NCBI RefSeq assembly: GCF_032444005.1
Contig: NC_091283.1
Location: 515,096,001 to 515,160,000 of the forward strand
From: Ranitomeya imitator
Taxonomy: Eukaryota
Direction: 5' to 3'
DNA: 64,000 bases
Below, piece after piece: positions 11,641 to 22,600 of this stretch. The notes under the pieces are model-generated. The model had not been told where the DNA came from. It made no database searches and saw only the letters and a list, made by a program, of their open reading frames with translations. Each line of letters opens with the position of its first letter. The first letter of the stretch is position 1. The position numbers were made by a program, and so were the translations under genes.

Positions 11641-11698
11641 TGGATGCACGAGGACGGAGGAGAGCGGAGAGACTATTCAGCGCGTGTGTGAGAACCAG
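11600..11698 (+). other. NFE2L1: Putative non-coding exon 1 of NFE2L1 (5' end approximate)
   Basis: Purine-rich segment after ETS/CCAAT motifs ending in donor CAG|GTACCG; no transcript data. Confidence 0.4.
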
Positions 11699-11950
11699 GT
11701 ACCGGTGCGGCGGCGATGGAAAAGGCGCAGACTATGGGGCACTAGCGGCTGTGTGAACGGGCGGCTGTCTATTGCATCACTGCACAGTGCATAACGTGCG
11801 GCGAGAGCAGACCCGTGCTAGTGGTCTCTGTTATCAGCCAGTTTATTATTTGGGCGGTGGACAAGAACTCCGTTTTTTTGTTTAGTTCTTTACTGCTGGA
11901 AAGTCCCTGGGATCCTCCACTCCAATAACCTGTCCTCATCTGTGTCCAGA

Positions 11951-13050
11951 GACCTCATCTAATGTGGGGGCCCCCACCACTATAACCAGACCTCATCTAA
12001 TGTGGGGGCCCCCACCCCTATAACCAGACCTCATCTAATGTGGGGGCCCCCACCCCTATAACCAGACCTCATCTAATGTGGGGGCCCCCACCCCTATAAC
12101 CAGACCTCATCTAATGTGGGGGCCCCCACCACTATAACCAGACCTCATCTAATGTGGGGGCCCCCACCCCTATAACCAGACCTCATCTAATGTGGGGGCC
12201 CCCACCCCTATAACCAGACCTCATCTAATGTGGGGGCCCCCACCACTATAACCAGACCTCATCTAATGTGGGGGCCCCCACCCCTATAACCAGACCTCAT
12301 CTAATGTGGGGGCCCCCACCCCTATAACCAGACCTCATCTAATGTGGGGGCCCCCACCCCTATAACCAGACCTCATCTAATGTGGGGGCCCCCACCACTA
12401 TAACCAGACCTCATCTAATGTGGGGGCCCCCACCCCTATAACCAGACCTCATCTAATGTGGGGGCCCCCACCCCTATAACCAGACCTCATCTAATGTGGG
12501 GGCCCCCACCACTATAACCAGACCTCATCTAATGTGGGGGCCCCCACCCCTATAACCAGACCTCATCTAATGTGGGGGCCCCCACCCCTATAACCAGACC
12601 TCATCTAATGTGGGGGCCCCCACCCCTATAACGAGACCTCATCTAATGTGGGGGCCCCCACCCCTATAACCAGACCTCATCTAATGTGGGGGCCCCCACC
12701 CCTATAACCAGACCTCATCTAATGTGGGGGCCCCCACCCCTATAACGAGACCTCATCTAATGTGGGGGCCCCCACCCCTATAACGAGACCTCATCTAATG
12801 TGGGGGGCCCCACCCCTATAACGAGACCTCATCTAATGTGGGGGCCCCCACTCCTATAACCAGACCTCATCTAATGTGGGGGCCCCCACCCCTATAACCA
12901 GACCTCATCTAATGTGGGGGCCCCCACCCCTATAACCAGACCTCATCTAATGTGAGGGCCCCCACCCCTATAACCAGACCTCATCTAATGTGGGGGGCCC
13001 CACCCCTATAACCAGACCTCATCTAATGTGGGGGGCCCCCACCCCTATAA
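11951..13050. repeat. 38-bp minisatellite (GACCTCATCTAATGTGGGGGCCCCCACCCCTATAACCA)n, ~29 copies, each with a 14-bp palindrome
   Basis: Period 38 read directly; core GTGGGGGCCCCCAC. Confidence 0.97.
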
Positions 13051-13912
13051 CCAGACCTCATCTGTGTCCAGAGACCTCATTTACTGTGGGGTCCCCCCAA
13101 ATTTGCACTGAACGATAGTTTTCTCATAATGGCAGATCAGGGTGTGTAATATAGGGGATCACAGGTTATCTGATGGGGGAGGGGCACTGCTGGAGGGATT
13201 TCATGGTATAAGCTCGCACACTTTAGACTGTGCCCTGTCCGACCCCTCCACACCCCACACGGCTATGCTGTGACAGGATTTCATCATCTTATTTCTGCTG
13301 TGAAAGAAAAGGGCAGAGGACTGATCTGTGGCCGAGCAGTGTGTGTAATACGTGTGTATATATAATGCGTCTGTGCGGACAGGGCTGATCCCCTCAATGT
13401 ACCAGCAGGCATTTACAGGGGGAGGTGAAGGCCCTGACGCTATATCTGTTCTTTCGTTACATAAATATCATAAGACAAGTGCCCACCCTATAAGATCGGC
13501 TGGGGGACTACAGCTCCCATCATGCGGGCAGTATGTGCACATGCCGGTAGATATAGCTGGGTCGGGCACACGTCCCTGGGGGTCTTGTTTGTTGTGTGTT
13601 GTGGTTACCGCCTCCGTCCTTATCTCTGGCTTTAGACTCTGCTACAACAAAAGCTGTGCTGGCCGTCCCTGAATTACCAGTCAGATGAGCTGAGGGTGTG
13701 ATGAATGTGGGTCAGCGAGCACCTGGGTGAAGGTTGCCTTACATAACGCTGCTGTGATGCAATGCTCCTGTAATTCTGCATTTTCCGCTTCATGAATGAT
13801 CAGTATCAGCCTGTAACACTCTCCTGTTTCCCTCTTTTTCAGGAGCCGGCTCATCCCTGTGTGCAGGAAAGTGCCAGTGTTGGGGGTCCCTTCTTCCCTG
13901 GGGCTCCCAGAC

Positions 13913-14410
13913 ATGCTGTCTTTGAAGAAGTATCTGACGGAGGGTCTTATCCAGTTCACCATACTGTTGAGCCTCATGGGTGTGCGTGTGGACTTGGACT
14001 CCTACCTGCCCTCTCACCTCCCCAATCTGCATGAGATTATCCTGGGGCCTACTTCTGCCTACACCCAGACTCAGTTCCACAGCCTCCGTGGCACCACCGA
14101 TGGCTACGGCGTGCACCCCAAAAGCGTGGACTTAGACCAGTTTTTCACCTCCCGTAGACTGTTGAGCCGTATGCGTGCCCTTGACAGGCTACAAGTGCCC
14201 AGCACAGAACTTGATACCTGGCTAGTGCACAGGGAGGCGGACGGCTCTGTATCCAGCGCTCAGACTGGCTCCAGCCTATCCCCGGAAGGCCCTCAGGATC
14301 TCCCCTCGTCTGACAGCAGCCTCAGAGACAATAGGGAGTCAGAGCAAGGACGTGGAACCGACGAGCTGGGAGCGACCGCACCATCTGAAAGCTCCGAACT
14401 AAACAAGGAG
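13913..14410 (+). CDS. NFE2L1: NFE2L1/Nrf1 coding exon 1 (166 aa; NHB1 ER-anchor MLSLKKYLTEGLIQFTILLSL, W103/L104 cleavage site)
   Basis: Close match to Nrf1 N-terminus; candidate acceptor TTTTTCAG| at 13842/13843; donor GAG|GTAAGG at 14410. Confidence 0.97.
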
Positions 14411-14612
14411 GTAAGGAGCAAGCTGGGCCCCCACACTTGGCTGATAGGGGGCACTGACCCCCATATGTTAACTTCTCATGCTATGCTCCTTGAATCTGAG
14501 CTCTTGGCTGCTGTCACGGAGACTATAGATAAGTGATTTGGAGGAAGTAAGGCCACTAATTTGCCAAATTGATCAGTGACCACCTTGTCCCCCATGTGAG
14601 TTTTGCAAGGAG

Positions 14613-15521
14613 TTAAAGGGAACCTGTCACCCTTTTTTTTCAGTAGGAGATAAAAATACCGTTAAATAGGGCCTGAGCTGTGCTTTACAATAGGGTATTT
14701 TTTGTCCCCTGATTCCCTACCTATGCTGCTGAAATACCTTACAAAAGTGTCCTTTTTCGCCTGTCAATCAGGCTGGTCAGGTCGGATGGGCGTGGTCACA
14801 GCGCTGTTTCTTCCCCACATCTTGCTTATGTTCCCGTTGGTGGCGTAGTGCTTCTCGCATGCGCAAGTGCCGAATGCACTGCGCAGCTGTAGAAAAAGAG
14901 CGCGCTCGCCGATATTCAGCGGTTTCTCGGTGGGCGCGGCCATCTTCCTGAGGCCGCGCGTGCGCAGATGGAGTCTCCTGCTTCCCGGGGCTTCAGGAAA
15001 ATGGCCGCGGGATGCCGCGCGTGCGCAGATGGACATCGCGGCGGCCATTTTCCTGAAGCCGAGTTTGAATCTCGACTTCAGGAAAATGGCCGCTGCGATG
15101 TCCATCTGCGCACGCGCGGCATCCCGCGGCCATTTTCCTGAAGCCCTGGGAAGCAGGAGACTCCATCTGCGCACGCGCGGCCTCAGGAAGATGGCCGCGC
15201 CCACCGAGAAACCGCTGAATAGCGGCGAGCGCGCTCTTTTTCTACAGCTGCGCAGTGCATTCGGCACTTGCGCATGCGAGAAGCACTACGCCACCAACGG
15301 GAACATAAGCAAGATGTGGGGGAGAAACAGCGCTGTGACCACGCCCATCTGACCTGACCAGCCTGATTGACAGGCAAAAAAGGCCACTTTTGTAAGGTAT
15401 TTCGGCAGCATAGGTAGGGAATCAGGGGACAAAAAATACCCTATTGTAAAGCACAGCTCAGGCCCTATTTAACGGTATTTTTATCTCCTACTGAAAAAAC
15501 GGGGTGACAGGTTCCCTTTAA
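14613..15521. mobile_element. T2/Kolobok-type MITE, ~909-bp near-perfect palindrome
   Basis: TTAA-AGGGAACCTGTCACC termini; ORFs 14764-15267(-) and 14867-15352(+) are nearly identical, showing arm symmetry. Confidence 0.92.
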
Positions 15522-15707
15522 AGCGGCTCTGCAGCCAAAGATCCCCAGATATTACTGTAGTTCCCCGGGGTCATATATTCATATTATTTATTTGGGGTGT
15601 CATTTCTATTAACTTCAGTAATGTCTTGTTATTCAATAGAATTAAATTCTCTCTCCCCCCCCCCCCCCAAAAAAAAAAAAATAAATATATATACTCACTC
15701 ACTCTCT

Positions 15708-16556
15708 CTAGATGGTGGCCCGATTCTAACGTATCGAGTATTCTAGAATATGTAGGTAGTATATAGCACAGCCACGTAGTACATTGTAGAGCCACGTAGT
15801 ATATAACAGTCACGTAGTGTATTGCACAGCTACGTAGTGTATAACAGAGCCCACGCAGTATGTAACACAGCCCACATAGTATATAGCAATGTGGGCACCA
15901 TATGCGTGGTTAAAAAAGACAAAATAAAAAATAAACATATACTCACCTTCCGAAGACCCCTTGAAGTCCTGTGAAGTCCTGGCGCCTGTGTGCGGTGCAC
16001 GCGGCAGCTTCCGTTCCCAGGGTTGGTATGAGCGCAGGACCTGTGATGACGTCGCGGTCACATGACCGTGACGTCATGGCAGGTCCTTCTCGCATAGCAT
16101 CCTTGGCACCGGAACCTGCCGCTTGCACTGCTGAGGACAGCGCCACGTCGGAGGGTGAGAATAACCTTTTTTTAAATTATTATTATTTGTCACATTAGAT
16201 CTTTTTACTATTGATGCTGCATAGGCAAAAAAGTTGGGGACACACAGGGTTAATAGCGGCGGTAACTGAGTGAGTTACCTGTGGCATAACGTGGTCCGTT
16301 ACTGCTGGCATTAACCCTGTGTGAGCGGTGACTGCGGGGAGTACATAGCGGGCGCCGGGCACTGACTGCAGGGGAGTAGGGAGGGACTAATCGGACTGTG
16401 GCTGTCGCTGATTGGTCGCGGCAGCCATGACAGGCAGCTGGCGAGACTAATCAGCGACTTGGATTCGATGACAGACAGAGGCCGCGATCAATGAATATCC
16501 GTGACAGACAGAAGGACAGAAAGACGGAAGTGACCTTTAGACAATTATATAGTAGA
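15708..16556 (+). mobile_element. Non-autonomous Helitron/Helentron-like element
   Basis: Begins CTAGATGGTGGCCCG, has ~22-bp internal repeats (GTAGTATATAGCACAGCCAC) and ends ...ATTATATAGTAGA; no TIR or TSD seen; classification from recalled family patterns. Confidence 0.45.
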
Positions 16557-17137
16557 GAGATATATATAGTATAATAATAATTTATTATTAACTAAGGAGG
16601 TTGGCACAGGATCATGGCACTGCTATACCCGATAGTGTCGTCACATGCCTGGACTTGTGTGCGGATATGTTTACGCAGGATATGATGTGGAGGGTGGGGG
16701 CTGTTGTTCTGCTGCTCTGTGACATGTGAGACTGGTGAAGTCTGCAATGCAGACAGAAATAGGGTCACCTTACATTGCTTCACAGCCAAGAGCATCTGCT
16801 CCAAGCGTGGGCTAGGCAAATGTTTCTAGGAGTCTTAATACTGTGCCCGTGCAGTGTGTGCACTGATCATATTACATGGTAGAGAGACATCGGGTCATGT
16901 GAAGCCCTCATGTTTAATTAGGAAGTTCTACGCATGTAGACCTAACCCCAGAAAGCCCCTCATCTACCCGCTGGGACCGGATCTGTGGGGTGCATGTGTG
17001 CTACTAACTGTCGGGGCATAAATGCCATGTTTTCTAAGAACTGTATCACTCATGCAGTTTTTTTTAGTGTAAGAATCAAATAATTAGGATAAATGCTGTG
17101 GATAAGAAACTGGACATAATAGTTTAAGAACCTCTAA

Positions 17138-17992
17138 GGCCATGTTCACACAATGCGGTTTTTACTGCGGAACCGCCGCGATTTTGCCGCTGCGGGTCCG
17201 CAGCTGTTTTCCATGCAGGGTACATTACAATGTTCACTATGGAAAACAGGAACCGCTGTGCAGATGATGCGGAAATTCACTAAAAAAGCCGCGCTGAATA
17301 GCTGCGGTAAAAAAGAAGTACCATGTCACTTCTTTGTGCGGAACTGCAGCGGTTCTGCACCCATTGACCTCCATTGTGAGGGTCAAACCCGCAGTAAAAC
17401 CCGCAGACAAAAAAATATCTGTGGGTTTTCTGCGGTTTGTGGTGCAGAACCGCTGCAGCAGGAAGTGCGTGGGCGGAGTGTGGCTGTTCCCCCTCATCTC
17501 CCCCCCCTTATACTTACCGGGCCTCCCGGTGTCCGTCCGTCCGTCTTCTCCCTGGGCGCCGCCATCTTCCAAGATGGCGGGCACATGCGCAGTGCGCCCG
17601 CCGAATCTGCCGGCCGGCAGATTCGTTCCAGGCACATTTTGATCACTGTGATAACCTCAGTGATCAAAAAAAAAAAAAAAAAGTAAATGACCCCCCCCCC
17701 CCCCCCCCCTTATCACCCCCATAGGTAGTAACAATAATAAAATAAAGATTTTTTTTTTTCTCCTCACTACAGTTAGAACTAGGGTTAGGGGTAGGGATAA
17801 GGGTAGGGTTAGGGTATTTTCAGCCATTTTAACCCTAAAAAAACTTCCTAGAAAACACACACTCTGCAGAGAAAACTGCATAAAAAACGCACTAAAAACC
17901 GCATCAAAAAACGCACCTGCGTTTTCTGCCAAGAGCTGCGGTTTTTAGTGCAGAAAAAACAGCAGGGAAATCAGGAACGTGTGAACATGGCC
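17138..17992. mobile_element. Harbinger-like MITE
   Basis: TAA TSDs; TIR GGCCATGTTCACAC / GTGTGAACATGGCC. Confidence 0.85.
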
Positions 17993-17997
17993 TAAAT

Positions 17998-19882
17998 CAG
18001 TGATTTTCAACCTTTTTTGAGCCGCGGCACACTTTTTATACTTAAAAAATCCCGAGGCACACCACCAACCAAAATGGCACAAAATGGTGCGTCCAGGTTT
18101 GAGATGAAAGTCTGCAGTCATTCTATGTGACTGCAGGCTTCTGAATTCTCACAGCGCAAGCACTGCACACCTTCAGGATTCTCCCTTGCCGGTGGCCAGA
18201 GTGGACGGTCATGACAGCACAAGTATATGATTTGGATACTTCTGGCCACATTCTAACTAGACGTGTCCGGCCTCAGTCAATTCATTTTCATTGAATGAGG
18301 CCACACATGTCTAGTCAGCAAGTGACCGCATGTATGTAAATCACCAACATCAGAGAATTATGATAGCAGTGTGCACTGTGAGAATTCAGAAGTCTGCAGT
18401 CACATAGTATGACTGCAGACTCATCACAACCTTGGACATCCCCTTTAATGTTCCTAACAAATAAAAATGAGAATTAGTATCACAAAAAAAACACATTTAC
18501 ATCCAGGTACCTGATAGATGACGTTGTTTGTGGAGTCGCCTCTTTCTTTTCATCTTCACCTTGTCCAGATGCCATGATGACTCTTCTCATCCACCGGCAG
18601 AGCTCGCTTCTGCAGACTTCCATCTTCTCCTGTCTTCTGCAGCACATCCCGACACAACACCCTTAAAGATAGCAGTGTTATTATAATGCTCCGGAATAAC
18701 AATATCTGCCCTAGGCTGAGCTCCTGAGTAAATAATTGCCCCTCACTTTATTCCCAGCACATATGACCCTCACTGTCCCTCTTATGGTACATGCCATCCA
18801 CACTACCCTCTCTCTCTTTTCCATACTTCACACTGCCTTCTCATACGGTGTCCCTCATAGAGAGCCCAGTCTCTCTACTGTGCCCCTTCATTACACTCCT
18901 CCTACTTGGCATACTGTCTCCTCCTGGCTGTTACCCTCACACTACTCAGTATCTATTATGTGTCCACTCACACTTTCATCCCCCCATACTGTCTGCACAC
19001 ATTTCTAATAGCCTCCTCCTGTACATCCCCCCCCCCCTGCTAACATACCCCTTTGCTCTCTCCATATTTCCTCCTCACACATTCCCCCCTCACACATTCC
19101 CCCGACTCCCCATACTGTCCTCACACATCCCATCACCGTTGCTCCCAGTACTGTCAGCACACATTTTTCCCCTCGCTACTGTGTCCACCCCCATCTCTCC
19201 ACTCACCCCCACAGAATATACCCACTCCCCTTCCGATAGAATAAATCCATCCCCTTCCACACAGAATAAATGCACCCTGCCCCACACATGCTAAATAAAT
19301 TCCAGCCCCCCCCCCACGTACACACTGAATAAATCCCCCCACACACTGAATAAATCCCCCCACACACTGAATAAATCCCCCCACACACTGAATAAATCCC
19401 CCCCCCACACTGAATAAATCCCCCCCACACACACTGAATAAATCCCCCCCCCACACACTGAATAAATCCCCCCCCCACACTGAATAAATCCCCCCCACAC
19501 ACTTAATAAATCCCCCCACATACTCCCCATAAACCCACCCCACATACTCCCCATAAACCCACCCCACGCTGAATCTTCGGTGTCTTCAGCTCCACAGCAC
19601 AGGAGCACTTACCACCAAGTCTCTTCTTTCTCCTGCGCGCCGGATAGTGACGTCAGCAGCGTGATCACATGACTTGATCACGCTGCTGGCGTCGCTCTGA
19701 CCCAGCGGTCAGAGCCTCAATTGTACTCGCAGCTGGTAGATGTCTGCGAGTACAATTGATCTCCGGGAGCCGGCGCGCTGCAGCTTCTCTGTGCCGCTGA
19801 CAGCCGGCACAGAGAACAGCTGACTCCCGTTCCCCGCGGCACACCCGACCATGTGTCGCGGCACACTGGTTGAAAAACACTG
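17998..19882. mobile_element. Non-autonomous hAT element
   Basis: TIR CAGTGATTTTCAACC / GGTTGAAAAACACTG; 8-bp TSD GCCTAAAT on both sides. Confidence 0.9.
19310..19570. repeat. ~20-bp minisatellite (CACACTGAATAAATCCCCCC)n inside the hAT element
   Basis: Direct reading. Confidence 0.9.
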
Positions 19883-20581
19883 GCCTAAATGATGTGGCTG
19901 AGCTGTGATCCACCCGGGGTGTAGACACCAGTGCTATAAAGCCTCCCAGTAGTCACAGAGGGCCCTGCTATTACTTCACAGCAATGGCCAAGTTGCAGAC
20001 TTTCCAGCCTTTGCCTCTCGTGCCAAACTTATGCACCAACCAGGGTTTGTTTAAAAGAAATCCATGTTTCTTGGTGTATTAGGCTATGTGCACACGTAGG
20101 AAGGGTCCCTGCAGGTTCTCCCGCAGCGAATTTGATAAATCTGCAGGGCAAAACCGCTGCGGTTATCCCTGCAGATTTATCACGGTTTGTCTTGTGGTTT
20201 CCGCTGCGGGTTTTACTCCTGCACTTGTTTTACTATTGATGCTCCTAGTCCCTTTTTACCTTGGCGTCGTGTGCCCCCCTAGTCCCTTTTTACCTTAGCG
20301 TCGTTTGCCCCCCTAGTCCCTTTTTACCTTGGCGTCGTGTGCCCCCCTAGTCCCTTTTTACCTTGGCGTCGTGTGCCCCCCTTGTCCCTTTATACCGTGG
20401 CACTGTACAGTGATGCCTCCCTACATAGATCTTGTCCCGATCAGATTCTTAATACTTTACTTGCCATGACTGGAAATGCTGCAGTTCACTATTGCTATCG
20501 GTCACTCTCCTGCCCGGCATCTGATCTCCAGGGGATACTTTGTGTGAGCAGCAGACAGTCCAGCTTCTCCATGTCCTGTTA

Positions 20582-20861
20582 GGGTACGTTCACATTAGCG
20601 TTTTGCGAGGCTGCGTCGCATGCGTCATGCGCCCCTATATTTAACATGGGGGTGCATGGACATGCGTTGTCTTGCGTTTTGTGACACATGCGTCTTTTTT
20701 GGCGCAAGCGTCAGGGCGCAGAAGACGCAGCAAGTTGCATTTTTTTGCGTCCAAAATCATGCCAAAAAAAGGACGCATGCGTCACAAAACAATGCGTTTT
20801 TGTTTGCGTTGTGCATTGCGTCGCTGACGCAGCCCCGCACAACGCAAATGTGAACGTAGCC
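20582..20861. mobile_element. Harbinger-like MITE
   Basis: TTA TSDs; TIR GGGTACGTTCACATT / AATGTGAACGTAGCC. Confidence 0.8.
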
Positions 20862-21506
20862 TTAGAGAGGGTTTGGTGATGAAGGGACCAGCAGCTGTTC
20901 CTGGTGTCACACGGGAGCATGAGCAGAGGTGCCAGGCCCGCACTTGCACAATATAGCATCTGTGTGACGCTGGCAGCCTTAGAGCCTGTTTACATGTATC
21001 CGGCAGGATGGGGCAGTCTTATGACCTGAATATTGGCAGCTCCTGATGCCATTCCACCCCCTCTCACGGTGCCAGACTCGTATGGGCTCCTTTGCTTGCC
21101 GTTACTGTGTATGATATATTTGTGTTTCCCCCAGCTTTCTGCAGATTGTATTAGGTGGGGATCAACCATGTGCAGCTGACACAAAAACAGGACGCAGTGA
21201 CATCTCCCAGGGCTGTAAACGTGACAGTGACCTTGAGCCTCTGTGACAAGGACACTGCAGTAACCTGTGATGGAGTGTTTTTCCTACAATGGTGGCTAAA
21301 TAGTTAAGAGCACCCTCATCGGTGGATATAACAGCACTTTATAGTTGTGTATTCTATGTCAGGCCGTAACATGAAGGCAGCAGAGTGTCCTAGCTCTTGA
21401 GTTACAACTCTGCAGCTTGGCGTGAACCGCTTGTGCCTCTGTCCGGACCTGTGCTTTTTACGTGAATACTGGAAAGATTTATTTGTATTTTTTTCCTCCT
21501 TTCCAG

Positions 21507-21698
21507 GAAATTGATCCAATAGATATTTTATGGCTTCAGGATATTGACCTTGGAGCTGGACGTGAAGATTTTGAGAGTAGAGGACATCACAAGGACAATG
21601 AAGATATTTGGGAATCTTTGCATGATGACCAAGGAAGTGAAACTGTGCAGCCCCTGGTGCAAGTGGATGGAGAGACTGGGGAAAATGTGCCACAGGAG
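21507..21698 (+). CDS. NFE2L1: NFE2L1 coding exon 2 (Neh2-like: EIDPIDILWLQDIDLG...VDGETGE; 64 aa)
   Basis: TTTCCAG| acceptor and GAG|GTGATT donor; DLG and ETGE motifs. Confidence 0.95.
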
Positions 21699-22300
21699 GT
21701 GATTGTGCACCATGTGATGTCAGCTCGCCAAATATGTTCCTTTATAACCAGCTGAGCCTAGTGGTGCCTATAGTGATCGCTCAATAGAGCCATACAGGAA
21801 GAACTAAGGCCCCGATTCCTCAATACTGGCATTGTTCACTCCAGTCTTGATGAGTATTTCTGCCGGAGTCAGATGCTTCTGACTTGTACCTCTGTGGCAC
21901 CTTGCCTCAAATCCTACTCCAGTCCCTGCTGGAGTAGGATTTGTGGCATAGCAAACAGAGCCACTCTTCACACCCCATCCCACTACAGCTCTGCCCACTT
22001 TTCTGGAACTTGGCAAAAATGACAGAACGCCAAGAGTCACAATGGTTGCACCATATTATCCAACTTTTCAAATCTTGTTATGCCAGAATACTGGTGTAAA
22101 AGCTTTGCTAAAAAGGCCCCTTTATATCTAGTTTGTTCTACTTCCCAATTCTTGCCCCATCTTCTAGCAGCACATTAATGTCCCTCTTTGCTCAGTTCAG
22201 TTGCAAAAAATTGAAATGGAGGCCATATTAGCCCATTACAACCATTGTCTTGATGAAGATTTGCCTTGCTATAGTAGTAATGGCTTCTGTTTTTCTTCAG

Positions 22301-22360
22301 GGTCAGACCGCGATGTCTGTGTCAGAGTGCCTGAGTTTTCTGTTTGCCGATTCCTCGGAG
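22301..22360 (+). CDS. NFE2L1: NFE2L1 coding exon 3 (GQTAMSVSECLSFLFADSSE; TCF11-type Neh4L exon, 20 aa)
   Basis: TTTTCTTCAG| acceptor and GAG|GTAATT donor; phase 0-0; resembles recalled human QTALSLEECLRLL. Confidence 0.85.
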
Positions 22361-22441
22361 GTAATTCGGTATTCTCTCACCTGTTCTGCTCTCTTCCTTA
22401 TAACCACTTGAGCAATGCAGTCTGATTTTTGCTCTGTACAG

Positions 22442-22600
22442 TTCCCAGCTCCTGGATCTCAGGTTATGCTGGACACAGAACCACGCCCAGAGGCTTTGGA
22501 TCAGGCAGATGGTCTCCTGTCTCCTTTTCTCTCTGATATGGAGTCACCTCTCGATTTGGAAGAGCAATGGCAGGACCTGATGTCAATCATGGATATGCAG
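22442..22600 (+). CDS. NFE2L1: NFE2L1 coding exon 4 (FPAPG...LLSP...DLEEQWQDLMSIMDMQ; 53 aa)
   Basis: CTGTACAG| acceptor and CAG|GTATTA donor; Neh5L motif. Confidence 0.95.

Noticed and set aside
11951-13050. CRISPR-like appearance (regular palindromic repeats)
   Set aside because: Inter-palindrome segments are identical rather than unique spacers; vertebrate intron; no cas genes
13859-13912. N-terminal extension MCRKVPVLGVPSSLGLPD of NFE2L1
   Set aside because: The ORF call starts at GTG; the conserved Nrf1 start is ATG 13913, and W103/L104 numbering confirms it
14411-14536. Read-through of the first NFE2L1 coding exon to a stop
   Set aside because: Strong GAG|GTAAGG donor at 14410; downstream residues are intronic
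14764-15352. Two almost identical ~165-aa ORFs on opposite strands
   Set aside because: Consequence of the palindromic MITE; no recognisable protein
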